Made by a program: the position numbers and the translations under genes. The notes under the pieces were generated by a model. That model was not told the origin of the DNA, ran no database searches, and was given only the letters and a program-made list of their open reading frames with translations. A stretch of DNA of 64,000 nt from an uncultured Acidobacteriota bacterium (GTDB lineage Bacteria > Acidobacteriota > UBA6911): positions 384,001 through 448,000 of the forward strand of contig CAWEJX010000007.1 of NCBI GenBank assembly GCA_963809485.1, read 5' to 3'. Below are positions 42,115 through 51,677 of this stretch, piece by piece (the first letter of the stretch is position 1; the number at the start of each line of letters is the position of its first letter).

Positions 42115-42906
42115 CTACTGTTCCGCCTCCCGATCATCGGCGGCAAGCAGGGCGGCCCCAAAAGCGCCTGCCAGCTGCGCGTGAGGCAAAATGTTTACCG
42201 GGCGGCCTAACCGCTGGGACAGCATTTCCGCCAGTACCGGATTGTGGGCCACCACCCCGCCGCTGATGACGACATCGCCCGAGAGCGGATCCATTTCTAT
42301 AATCCGCTTCACGACCGATTCGATAAGCCCGGCAACGATCTCAGGCACTTTCTCGCCCGCGCGCAAATGGGACAGAATTTCCGTTTTGGTGAATACGGTG
42401 CAAAAGCTTCCCATGTGAACTATGTGTTTTGCCTGGCGCGCCAGGGATTCGATCTGGTCCATCGGCACGTCCATGCGCTGGGCAACCTCTTCGAGGAATG
42501 CGCCCGTTCCCGCAGCGCATTTGCGGTTCATTTTGAAATTGATACGCCTGCCTTCGGCGTCCACATGAATGACCTTGTTGTCCTGGCCTCCGACATCAAC
42601 GACTGCGATTTTGCGCGGGAAGAAGTGGTGTGCGGCGCGGGAGTGGCAGGCGATTTCCGTCCGGGTCGCATTGGCGAAAGAGACGTTGTGCCGGCCGTAG
42701 CCGGTTGAGAGGATGCGCGCGAGATCCGGCAGGCTTTTGCCGCAGGAAGCCAAAGCCGCATCCATGGCTTCCTGCGCGCACGTCTCGAAATTGACCCCGG
42801 TTTTCCTTACGTCGGAAGCCAGGAGCGCTTTCCGGGAATCAATAATCGCAACCTTGGTCGCCGAAGCGCCGACATCCACCCCGCCGTAAATCGCGTCGGA
42901 ACTCAC
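42115..42906 (-). CDS. Acyl-CoA dehydratase activase (HgdC/HadI/FldI-like ASKHA 4Fe-4S ATPase)
   Basis: GVDVGASATK, STGYGR, TEIACH, DVGGQDNK, KCAAGTG, CTVF, GAFGAA. Confidence 0.92.
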   Translation of the reverse strand: MSSDAIYGGVDVGASATKVAIIDSRKALLASDVRKTGVNFETCAQEAMDAALASCGKSLPDLARILSTGYGRHNVSFANATRTEIACHSRAAHHFFPRKIAVVDVGGQDNKVIHVDAEGRRINFKMNRKCAAGTGAFLEEVAQRMDVPMDQIESLARQAKHIVHMGSFCTVFTKTEILSHLRAGEKVPEIVAGLIESVVKRIIEMDPLSGDVVISGGVVAHNPVLAEMLSQRLGRPVNILPHAQLAGAFGAALLAADDREAEQ

Positions 42907-44162
42907 CGGCCCTTCCTCTCCGCAAGTTGCTCGATGAAAGCCTCGATATTGGTGCGGGCCTGTTCTTCCGAGTAGCAGCGCAGGTCGTTCAGATCCCCGT
43001 GCAACACAAGCATCGGTATGTCGTACTTTTTGGCGAGACGTTCCGGCAGGCCGTAACGGTTGTTGGAATTGTTGGGGCAGGTTTTCGCGTCATGAAAAAT
43101 CATGCCGTCGATCTTGTACAGATCGATCTCTCTCTCGAAATAGTGCTCCTTGTACTCTTCATTGCGAACGATGAACAGTTCAATGTAGGCGCGCGCCATG
43201 CTGTCAAAGGGATCGTCCGGATCCAGAGCGGGGAAGACCCAGCTGCTGCAGTAGGTCGAAGCCAGAACGCAGGTATTCAGGCCTGCAAACTGGGTGGACA
43301 ATTCGCGCAGCTTGCCCCAGATCGGCATGCCTTCCCAGTAGAGGCGGAATCTCTCGTCGTCGATGGCTGCAATCCCGTCCTGGACCCGCTGCCGCAGTTC
43401 GGCAAGAAGCAATTTGTAGTAATCGACCGCCCGCTGTTCGCCCCGGAGAACCACCGCGGGGCCCATTTGGATCGTGCCATCAAAAAATGTCAGCGGGGAA
43501 GGGACGTTCGAAGCGATTTGCAGCACCTGTTTCCACAGGTCCGTGCATTGACGGGAAAGGCCGACCACACGCCTGAATTCCTCGTAATCCAGCTTTTGGC
43601 CGGAGATCTCCTCCAGCTTCGGAACAAGCGCCTTGATCTGGGCGGAGATGGAATCCACATGCGCTTTGGTAATGTCGCCGACGCCGCGGTGCGTCTCGAC
43701 GCCGATAACGGGCACCTTGAATTCCCGCGCATAGAAGTTGTACCAGTCCTGCACATCGCGGCACTGGTTGGTGTTGTAAACCAGCACGTCGGGGCGGGGC
43801 GGGCCGCTGATGCCGGGGTATGCCTTGCTTATGGGGCTTTCGCCCTTGATATAAGATCCGATATCGCTGGTCAGATACGAACAGATGTCGGGGGAGTAGC
43901 CCAGGGCATTGGCTATGGGAATGAGATCCGTGGCCATGCGGGTCGAGCCGAGCATGGCGCCGTGATTTTCCGGAAAGAAGACCAGGAATCCGGCTGCCCG
44001 CAGCAGTTCGGCGGGCCCGACACTGGTGCACCAGGCAATTTTGCGGCTTTTCGTCCTGGCAGCTTCATCCAGCTCGCGGAAATGCTGCTCCATGATTTCC
44101 TTCATTTTATTGGTTGCTTGGATTTTCTTGAATGCCTGCGGCTTTGTTTGTTCCGTTTTCAC
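42903..44162 (-). CDS. 2-hydroxyacyl-CoA dehydratase alpha-type subunit (HadB/FldB/HgdA-like)
   Basis: GTG start 44162 with RBS; IAWCTS, FPENHG, GYSPDICSY, NQCRD, KTCPN, TNIEAFIE. Confidence 0.85.
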   Translation of the reverse strand: MKTEQTKPQAFKKIQATNKMKEIMEQHFRELDEAARTKSRKIAWCTSVGPAELLRAAGFLVFFPENHGAMLGSTRMATDLIPIANALGYSPDICSYLTSDIGSYIKGESPISKAYPGISGPPRPDVLVYNTNQCRDVQDWYNFYAREFKVPVIGVETHRGVGDITKAHVDSISAQIKALVPKLEEISGQKLDYEEFRRVVGLSRQCTDLWKQVLQIASNVPSPLTFFDGTIQMGPAVVLRGEQRAVDYYKLLLAELRQRVQDGIAAIDDERFRLYWEGMPIWGKLRELSTQFAGLNTCVLASTYCSSWVFPALDPDDPFDSMARAYIELFIVRNEEYKEHYFEREIDLYKIDGMIFHDAKTCPNNSNNRYGLPERLAKKYDIPMLVLHGDLNDLRCYSEEQARTNIEAFIEQLAERKGR

Positions 44163-44360
44163 TCCCTCACTCCTGTGTTTATTGGATTCCTTTTTACCGT
44201 ACCCATCTGTCCTCATTTCCAAATATGGCTTGCCTCGAGCCCGAATGTCAAATTTCTTCATGAAGCGTTCTGGCTTTTGGCTTCCGCCTTCCGATGTTAC
44301 ACTAAGTGTTTTTTTAACCTGTGTGCGTTCATATCGGCGGGCGGCCGGGGAGGAGCAAAG

Positions 44361-45518
44361 ATGGCAGAAACGCAATCGGGCGGTTTGGCGATGGTTGAAA
44401 GGTACTATTCCGACTACGGGTCGAGAGCCCGGGAACTGAGGAGCTCGGGCAGGAAAGTCATCGGGTATATGTCCGCTCTCTGCCCCGTGGAGATCCTCAC
44501 GGCGGCGGGCGTCGTGCCGGTACGGCTGAAGGGCAACGTGTCGGAACCTGTCACCAAGGCTGATGCCTACATGGAGACAATGATATGCCCCTTTGTACGG
44601 AATGCCTTCGATGCGGCTCTCAAGGGCAGATACGCATACCTGGACGGCATGGTACTGCCCCATCAGTGCGACAGCGTCGAGAGGACCTTTGACGTGTGGA
44701 GTGAAAAACTGGAATTCCCGTACTGGCATTTTATCAACTACCCTCATGTCACGGACGATCCTTCCATCGAGTTTACGGACGAGATCCTGAGAATTTTCCT
44801 GAGGACCTTGGAAAAGTTCACTGGGAGAAACATCACCGATCAATCGCTCGCGGAAGCCGTCCGCGCTCATAACGAAAACCGGCGGGCCATGAGAGCGCTT
44901 TACGAACTGCGGAAAGAAGATGCGCCCCGCATCTCCGGCGCCGAAATGATGAAGGTCCTCATAGCCTCCATGAGCCTCCCCGTCGACGAGTCAACCGCCC
45001 TGATAAAAAGCGTTGCTGAAGAAGCCAAAACGCGGGTTCGCGGCAACGGCAGCCCGACAGCGCGAATCATGCTCGTGGGAGATCAGATCGACGACGTGGC
45101 GATCGTCAACGCCATCGAAGATGCCGGTGCGTGCCTCGTCATGGACGATCTTTCGACGGGCAGCAAGATGTACTGGGGCGACGTCGATCCGACAAGTGAT
45201 CCGGTCCGGGGCATTACGGAAAGGTACCTCAAAAAACTGAAGTTCCCTACGACGTTCGTCTCCGAGGGAAACACCTATTCGGAAAATCTCGAAGCGCGCT
45301 TCGGCCACATGAGGCAATACATCGAGGATTTCAGGGTCAACGGGGTGATCCTTTTCATTTACAAATATTGCGATCCGTACGGCTTTGAAGTCCCCGCGAT
45401 AAAAAGCTTCATTGAAACAGCCGGGACGCCGGTCCTTTACATTGAGGATGAATACAACACGTCCAGCCTCGGCCGGGTGAAAACCCGGATAGAAGCATTC
45501 CTGGAAATGATTGCTTAA
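44361..45518 (+). CDS. 2-hydroxyacyl-CoA dehydratase / benzoyl-CoA reductase beta-type subunit (HadC/FldC/BzdN-like)
   Basis: GGAGG RBS; KVIGY..PVEILTAAG, MICPF, HQCDS, KYCDP, KTRIEAFLEMI. Confidence 0.85.
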   Translation: MAETQSGGLAMVERYYSDYGSRARELRSSGRKVIGYMSALCPVEILTAAGVVPVRLKGNVSEPVTKADAYMETMICPFVRNAFDAALKGRYAYLDGMVLPHQCDSVERTFDVWSEKLEFPYWHFINYPHVTDDPSIEFTDEILRIFLRTLEKFTGRNITDQSLAEAVRAHNENRRAMRALYELRKEDAPRISGAEMMKVLIASMSLPVDESTALIKSVAEEAKTRVRGNGSPTARIMLVGDQIDDVAIVNAIEDAGACLVMDDLSTGSKMYWGDVDPTSDPVRGITERYLKKLKFPTTFVSEGNTYSENLEARFGHMRQYIEDFRVNGVILFIYKYCDPYGFEVPAIKSFIETAGTPVLYIEDEYNTSSLGRVKTRIEAFLEMIA

Positions 45519-45530
45519 CAGGAGAGATAC

Positions 45531-46859
45531 ATGGCTGAAATCAGAAAACCAAGACCACTGGCGACACAGGCGGCGGGGAAAGCAGGAAAATTCGGCCGGG
45601 CCAACATGGCCGCAACTTTGAAAGCCAGGGAAGAGGGCAAGAAGGTTGCCTACACCTATATCAATAACGCTCAGGACGAGATCGTCCGCGCCATGGATAT
45701 CGTCCCGGCCTGGGGCGAGAATTTTGCCGGTGTTTGCTCCGCCAAGCGCGACGCGGAGAAGTTTCTTCAGAAGGCGGAGGCGGAAAATTTCTCCCGCTCG
45801 CTGTGCACCTATGCGACATGCACCATCGGCTTCGACATGTGGCGCGAGGAACTGGGAGGGGAGATTCCCCCCAATACTCCGTGGGGGGGCATGGGAAGGC
45901 CCGACATGATCATCGGCAGCGCCCAGCAGCTGTGCGATCCAAGGATCAAATGGCCCCAGGCGACTCAGCACTATCTCCAGGACGTCCCGGTCTGGATGGG
46001 AACCATGTACTATCCTCCCTGGGACCCTGCCATCGACCACAAGGAACAGGAGAAGCTTTACGTAAAGTACGCCACTGAAGAACTCCGCAGCCTGGTGCGG
46101 TTCTGCGAAAAGCACACGGGGAAAAAAATGGACTGGGACCGGCTCGCAGCGCTGGTCGATTTAACCGACCGGACCTGGGACATGTTTATCGACAGCTACG
46201 AGCTGCGGAAAGCCATTCCGACCCCTATGGATACGGGCGACGCCATGAACACGATGGTGCCGCTGACTTTCAATCTGGGCACCCAGGAAGCCCTCGATTT
46301 CTACAAGGAGCTCTATAGCGAGCTACGGGAGAAGATTGCTCAGAAAAAGGGCGTAGCCGAGGACGAGAAATTCCGGCTTGTCTGGGGCGCCGGCCTGCCT
46401 TCCTGGTTTGCTCTGGGCGACTTCCAGTACTTCAATGATAAGGGAGCCGTTTTCCCGGTTGAAGTCACCTATCGCAACGCCGAGAAGATTGAACGCCTCG
46501 ACCTGCCCAAAACCAGCGATCCCCTCGAACACCTCGCATGGAGATGGGTACGCTTGTGGACCCGATGGTTCGACAAGGCGCGCAAGCGGCCGGGTTCGCT
46601 ACCGAAGGTCGAGCGCATCATCGAATATATGGAAGACTACCAGTGCGATGGCGTGGTGTTCCACTCCGCATACTCCTGCCGCAGCTGGCATGCGGGTATC
46701 GTCCAGCAGGCACAGGTGCTGAACAAGGTCTACGGCGACGTTCCCACTCTTATCATGGAGGGGGACATCGTCGACATCAGCTCCTACAATGAAGCCGATA
46801 CCCATAACAGGATCGACGCGTTCATCGAAACCCTCGCAGCCAGGAAAGGGAAACGGTAG
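45531..46859 (+). CDS. 2-hydroxyacyl-CoA dehydratase / benzoyl-CoA reductase alpha-type subunit (HadB/FldB/BzdO-like)
   Basis: WGENFAG, SLCTY, QLCDPR, DGVVFH..SCR, EGDIVD, RIDAFIETL. Confidence 0.85.
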   Translation: MAEIRKPRPLATQAAGKAGKFGRANMAATLKAREEGKKVAYTYINNAQDEIVRAMDIVPAWGENFAGVCSAKRDAEKFLQKAEAENFSRSLCTYATCTIGFDMWREELGGEIPPNTPWGGMGRPDMIIGSAQQLCDPRIKWPQATQHYLQDVPVWMGTMYYPPWDPAIDHKEQEKLYVKYATEELRSLVRFCEKHTGKKMDWDRLAALVDLTDRTWDMFIDSYELRKAIPTPMDTGDAMNTMVPLTFNLGTQEALDFYKELYSELREKIAQKKGVAEDEKFRLVWGAGLPSWFALGDFQYFNDKGAVFPVEVTYRNAEKIERLDLPKTSDPLEHLAWRWVRLWTRWFDKARKRPGSLPKVERIIEYMEDYQCDGVVFHSAYSCRSWHAGIVQQAQVLNKVYGDVPTLIMEGDIVDISSYNEADTHNRIDAFIETLAARKGKR

Positions 46860-46873
46860 CAGCTCCGTTTCGG

Positions 46874-47120
46874 GTCAGGTACCTCCGGCAAAGCCGGAGG
46901 CTTGAAAGATTTGAACCGCTCAAAGCGGTTGGAGAAGTTACGCCGGTCTTGAACGCTGACTTACGCGGGCAAAAGCCGATGAGGCGCCTCATCGGCTTTT
47001 GCTCGCCGACCCTCGCCGAACAAATCGGTGTTTGTCAGCGCTTTTATCAGCGTTTCAAAATACGGAACTGTCAAACTCTTTGAGTCTCCCGGCAGAGCCG
47101 GGAGTTTACCAATGTAATTA
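46874..47120 (-). mobile_element. IS200/IS605-like non-autonomous element, copy 3 (interior collapsed to a perfect hairpin), abutting the next start codon
   Basis: Same ends; interior GCAAAAGCCGATGAGGCGCCTCATCGGCTTTTGC. Confidence 0.8.
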
Positions 47121-47971
47121 TGATGCAGGTTGCCAACAGCTACTTCGCCGGTGTAGATATCGGGTCGACGATGACCAAGGTTGTCATCCTGGGCGGCGGC
47201 AAAGAGTCGTCCATCATAGGACCTACGGGGCCCGAGCACAGGAAACTGGCCAACCTTGTGATGGAGGAAGCGCTGCGCCGGGCGGGAATTTCGTTTGGCG
47301 ATGTAACCTGCGTTGTCGCAACTGGTTACGGAAGGATCAATGTGCCCTTTGCCGACCGGCAGGTTACGGAGATCACCTGTCACGCAAAGGGGCTGTCGAG
47401 CCTCCTCCCCTCGGCGCATACGGTGGTGGACATCGGCGGCCAGGACAGCAAAGGGATTCGCGTTGAGAACGGCAAGGTTGTCGATTTCGTCATGAACGAT
47501 AAATGCGCTGCCGGCACCGGGCGTTTTCTGGAAATCATTGCGGAAGCGCTTGGCATTTCCCTGGACAAACTGGGGGAGTTGTCCCTGGCCGCTGAGAAAC
47601 CGGCCGTCATCGGCAATACGTGCACGGTCTTCGCCGAACAGGAGGTTATCTCGCAGCTGGCGGCCGGCGAGTCCGTGCCGAACCTTGTGGCCGGCATCCA
47701 TCAGGCTATCGCGACGCGCATTTTTGCCCTCGTCAGCAAGCTCAAGATCAAGCCCGATGTGGCCATAACGGGCGGCGGGGCGAAAAACGTCGGTCTGGTA
47801 AAAGCGCTGGAAGCAAAATTCGGCTGCCCTGTGCAGGTTCCCCGTGAACCGCTCCTCACCGGCGCTCTCGGAGCGGCCCTGATCGGGCGGGAGATGTACG
47901 AGAAGGCTGTAAAGACCGGCGGCAAACTTGCCACGAAGCCCCGGCAGCTGGGCGAAGCAAGCCTTTTCTGA
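47120..47971 (+). CDS. Dehydratase/reductase activase with canonical motifs (HgdC/BzdQ-like)
   Basis: GVDIGSTMTK, ATGYGR, TEITCH, DIGGQDSK, NDKCAAGTG, CTVFAE, GALGAA. Confidence 0.92.
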   Translation: MMQVANSYFAGVDIGSTMTKVVILGGGKESSIIGPTGPEHRKLANLVMEEALRRAGISFGDVTCVVATGYGRINVPFADRQVTEITCHAKGLSSLLPSAHTVVDIGGQDSKGIRVENGKVVDFVMNDKCAAGTGRFLEIIAEALGISLDKLGELSLAAEKPAVIGNTCTVFAEQEVISQLAAGESVPNLVAGIHQAIATRIFALVSKLKIKPDVAITGGGAKNVGLVKALEAKFGCPVQVPREPLLTGALGAALIGREMYEKAVKTGGKLATKPRQLGEASLF

Positions 47972-48075
47972 TGCAGGGCTCGAAATGGAGAACTTGCCAA
48001 TGTCCCCCTGCGCAAGCCCGAAGTTCGAAGTCTTCTGCGGTTCGACATTCGATACTCAATATTCGCTTCAGTATT

Positions 48076-48128
48076 TGTCAAACTGAGGCTGCCTCACCGG
48101 CAGAGCCGGCGGCTCTTCCATTGGATTA
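48076..48128 (-). mobile_element. Solitary end remnant of a related IS200/IS605-like element
   Basis: TGTCAAACT...CCGGCAGAGCCGG...CCATTGGATTA resembles the end of copies 1-5. Confidence 0.5.
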
Positions 48129-48138
48129 GGGTGACTCT

Positions 48139-48900
48139 ATGAAATATGCCTTGGGGATCGACGCAGGTTCAAGTTTCGCCAAAGCAGCCGTGTTGGGAGA
48201 AGGAAGGCTGCTGTCCTGCGCCGTAATCCCTGCAAGGGGCAACTATGCGGACGCCGCCCGGAGGGTGTCTGAAACCGCCATTGAAAAGGCAGGGCTTCTC
48301 CGCAAAGACATTTCAACGACAGTGGCGACAGGCTGGGGAGCCGGGGCCGTTGATTTTGCCGACCGGACCGTTGCCGATATCTCCTGCCACGCTGCCGGGA
48401 TTTTTCATTTCTTCCCTTCAGCCCGGACCGTCGTGGACATCGGCAGCCAGTTCAGCCGGGCTATCAAGCTGGCTGACGACGGAAGGGTGATGAATTTCGT
48501 TCAGAATGAGAAGTGCGCGGGCGGGAGCGGCAAGTTTCTCCAGGTCATCGCGCGGATTCTCCATATGAACGTCGCGGATATCGGCGCCCTTTCCTTGGAG
48601 TCGGCAAATCCCGTCGAATTTACCACCGGATGCGCGGTCTTTGCCGAATCTGAAGCGGTTTCGCGGATTGCCGAAGGTGCCAGCCCGGCGGATATCCTGG
48701 CGGGAGTGCACAAAGCGATGGCGGCCAAGATCGTCAACCTCATCGTCCGTCTCGGCCCGGCGCCGGACTGCGCCGTCACCGGCGGGGGCGCCAAAGACAT
48801 TGGACTCGTGCGGACGCTGGAAACAGAGCTGGGCGCAAAAATACTGGTGCCTGAGGAGCCGCAGGTTTCAGCCGCAGTCGGAGCGGCAATCCTGGGATAG
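48139..48900 (+). CDS. Activase paralog with degenerate ATPase motifs (BzdP/BcrD-like)
   Basis: GIDAGSSFAK, ATGWGA, ADISCH, DIGSQFSR; both cluster Cys retained (KCAGGSG, GCAVFAE). Confidence 0.82.
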   Translation: MKYALGIDAGSSFAKAAVLGEGRLLSCAVIPARGNYADAARRVSETAIEKAGLLRKDISTTVATGWGAGAVDFADRTVADISCHAAGIFHFFPSARTVVDIGSQFSRAIKLADDGRVMNFVQNEKCAGGSGKFLQVIARILHMNVADIGALSLESANPVEFTTGCAVFAESEAVSRIAEGASPADILAGVHKAMAAKIVNLIVRLGPAPDCAVTGGGAKDIGLVRTLETELGAKILVPEEPQVSAAVGAAILG

Positions 48901-48997
48901 ACGGCCGGCCAACCGGATTTTCCGGCCGGATACCCGTGAAATTTGTGCGGATTCGTGGCATATTTGTAAAACGATGTCAATTTCAAGAAGAGGAACC

Positions 48998-50281
48998 ATG
49001 AACTACTATCTGAATTACGGCGGCGGCAGAATGAATTTCTCCCTGCCGGCCGAATGGAATGTGCTCAGCTCCCGGGACTGCGCACCCGCGCCTTTGGTTG
49101 AGGACCCCGTCAAAGAGGTCGAACGCGCTCTTGACAATCCGATAGGGACCGCGCCTCTGGAAAAGCTCGCCCGTCCCGGAATGCGAACGGTGGTGCTTTT
49201 TGACGATATGCAGCGGCCGACTCCCGCCTATCTTGCTCTCCCGGCGGTCCTGAACCGTCTTAACAAGGCCGGGGTGCCCGACGAACGGATTACGGCCATT
49301 TGCGCGCGGGGAACCCATCCCGCGCCGACGCCGGAGCAGGTTGAAAAGAAAATCGGAACGGAAGCCGTGCGCCGGCTCGCAGGCCGCATACACATCCACG
49401 AATCCCAGTCGCCGGAAAACGTGTGGATAGGCAAAACCCGCCGCGGCACGGTGGTCGAGATCAATCGGCATGTGGCTGAAGCCGATCTGGTTCTGGGCAT
49501 CGGGGCGTGCATGCCCCATCCCAATGCCGGATTCGGGGGCGGCTGCAAGATCATCATGCCCGGAGTTGCCTCTTACCGCACCATCGGGGACCACCACTAC
49601 AACTGGCTTCGCAACAGGAGCTGCAAGCTGAATGTCCTGGAAGGGAATCCTTATTACGAAGAAATCGTGGAAATTGCCCGCCTGGGCTGCCTGGCCTTCA
49701 AAATCGATTTCCTCCTGAACGAAACCAACCAGGTCATCAGGGTTTTCGCGGGCGATCCCGTCGAGGAGCACCGGCAGGCCTGCGATCACGCTGCCTCTCT
49801 TTATGTTGTTGCCCTGCCGAAACAGGCAGATGTTGTGATCACATCGGCCTCGCCTCTTGAAATCGGCGTCCAGGCGACCAAATCGCTGCTTAACGCCAAG
49901 AGCGCCGCAAGGACAGACGCCACGATTATCTGGGTGGCCGGGCAAAAGCAGGCGGGCCCGTTGATGGCCCTCATCGAGCAGATGGCGGCCGCCAAAAGCG
50001 CCAACGAATACCATCGCCGGCTTCTCAACGGCGATATCCCGGACAGCATCAAACCTTACGGTATTTCGTTCTTCATGCTGGGCGTTCCGTTCAAGGAAAT
50101 GTCGGAGCAGTACAACGTGGTCCACGTGACGGAAGGTTTGACTAAGGAGCAGGTGGAACTGATGAATTTCGGATACGCTTCATCACTCGACGATGCGATC
50201 CGCGAAGTTCAGAAGAAAATGCCCCGAGCCGATGTAACGATTCTTCCCTCAGGCGGCATTATCATTCCATCGGTACAGTAG
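48998..50281 (+). CDS. LarA-family nickel-pincer racemase/epimerase, copy 2
   Basis: NPIGTAPL, DDMQRPT, ARGTH, PHPNAGFGGGCKIIMPG, GDHH, QATK. Confidence 0.85.
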   Translation: MNYYLNYGGGRMNFSLPAEWNVLSSRDCAPAPLVEDPVKEVERALDNPIGTAPLEKLARPGMRTVVLFDDMQRPTPAYLALPAVLNRLNKAGVPDERITAICARGTHPAPTPEQVEKKIGTEAVRRLAGRIHIHESQSPENVWIGKTRRGTVVEINRHVAEADLVLGIGACMPHPNAGFGGGCKIIMPGVASYRTIGDHHYNWLRNRSCKLNVLEGNPYYEEIVEIARLGCLAFKIDFLLNETNQVIRVFAGDPVEEHRQACDHAASLYVVALPKQADVVITSASPLEIGVQATKSLLNAKSAARTDATIIWVAGQKQAGPLMALIEQMAAAKSANEYHRRLLNGDIPDSIKPYGISFFMLGVPFKEMSEQYNVVHVTEGLTKEQVELMNFGYASSLDDAIREVQKKMPRADVTILPSGGIIIPSVQ

Positions 50282-50304
50282 GCGATTGCGTTACAGAACA
50301 ATCC

Positions 50305-50365
50305 AACCACGAAATACGCCAAACACTTGAAATCTCCATTCGTGTATTTGGTGTATTTCGTGGTT
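50305..50365. terminator. Imperfect 22-bp inverted repeat between convergent genes (likely bidirectional terminator or REP-like element)
   Basis: AACCACGAAATACGCCAAACAC ... GTATTTGGTGTATTTCGTGGTT. Confidence 0.6.
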
Positions 50366-50378
50366 CTCTTTTAAGCTC

Positions 50379-51589
50379 CTACACGGTTGCGCCGGAGCTT
50401 TTCAGACGGCCGATTTCCTCTCTGCTGTAACCTAGTTCCAGCAAAATCTCTTCCGTGTGCTCGCCCAGTTGAGGCGCCGGTTTTCTCCAGGAGGCCGGGG
50501 TTTCGCTGAAATCCCACGGGAAGCCGACTTCTCGAACCCGGCGTCCCCAGACCGGATGATCCACTTCTATGATGTATTGGTTGGCGATTGCCTGAGGGTC
50601 CTGGCAGACTTCCGTGAGAGACTGGACAGGAGTGCAGATGCAGCCTCCCTTCTTCAGCTGCTCAAGCCACTCATCGCGGTTTTGGCGGCAAATTTCTCAT
50701 CCAGAATGCGGATAAGCTCTTTTGAATTCTGGCCGCGCGCTTCCATGGTGTGGAACCTGGGATCGTGTTCCAGATGCTCGAGACCCATGGCCTTGCAGAA
50801 GATGGGCCAGTACCGGTCGGGCTGAAGGTGCGCCACCGCAATCCACTTGCCATCGCGGCATGAATAGTGGTTATACATGGGATTGCCCGCCTCATTCCGG
50901 CATTCCCGGGGGTATTCCTGTCCCAGCATGGCCGGGGCATCGAGGATGAGGCCGGCCAGGGCGATGATGCTGCCCATGAGCGATGTATCGATCAATTGGC
51001 CTTTGCCGGTCTTCTCGCGGGCATATAGAGCCGCTGTGATAGCCCAGGCAAGCATCAAGGCGCCGATCTGGTCGCCCAGACCGGGCAGCATTTGCGCCGG
51101 AGGGCTCCCTTTTTCGCCGGCGCACATCATCAGACCGGAACGGGCAATGCCCGTATAATCAAAGGAGAGGTCGCCGGCTGCGGGACCTTTTCTTCCCCAT
51201 CCCGAAGAATGGCCATAGATGAGGCGCGCATTCCGCTTCATCAGATCGTCGGGCCCGATGCCGATTTTAATCGGGGCGTCGATGCTCATATTCGTAATGA
51301 AGACATCCGCTTTGTCGATCAGCTTCAGGAATATCTCTTTCCCCTGGGGCGACTTGAGGTCCAGCGCGATGCTGCGCTTGTTGCGGTTGTTGCTTTCAAA
51401 GTAATAATTTTCGCCCTTAAGGCCCACCGTGGCTCCGATCAGCCGCATAAAGCCGCGGGCAGGATCCCCTTCTTTGGGTTCGACTTTGATGACGTCGGCG
51501 CCGAGATCCGCCAGTTTTGTTCCGGCGACCGGCCCCTGTTGAAACATGGTAATTTCCACTACACGAACGCCTGTCAGTGGCCCGGACAT
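50379..51589 (-). CDS. Family III CoA-transferase, copy 2, with a -1 frameshift near 50678
   Basis: GPLTGVRVVE, NRNKRSI, PGLGDQIGA; C-terminus (FPWDFSETPASWRKPAPQLGEHT) in another frame; close paralog of 38161..39372. Confidence 0.88.
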
Positions 51590-51677
51590 CTGAAATCCTC
51601 CTTAAAAAAAATCGCTACTATAGTCGGCGGGAAAAGCCCAGTCAAGAATATCGGCCTTTGGCCGATGCTCCTAATCC

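Noticed and set aside
42903-44162. Double-cubane cluster protein (DCCP) plus reductase
   Set aside because: Motif pattern (PENH, DICSY, three ligand Cys) fits HadB/FldB-type subunits, not the more Cys-rich DCCP pattern
42903-45518. Overlapping 655-aa and 863-aa ORFs suggesting long bidirectional overlap or fusions
   Set aside because: The N-terminal extensions are antisense read-through of the opposite gene; RBS-supported starts are at 44162 and 44361
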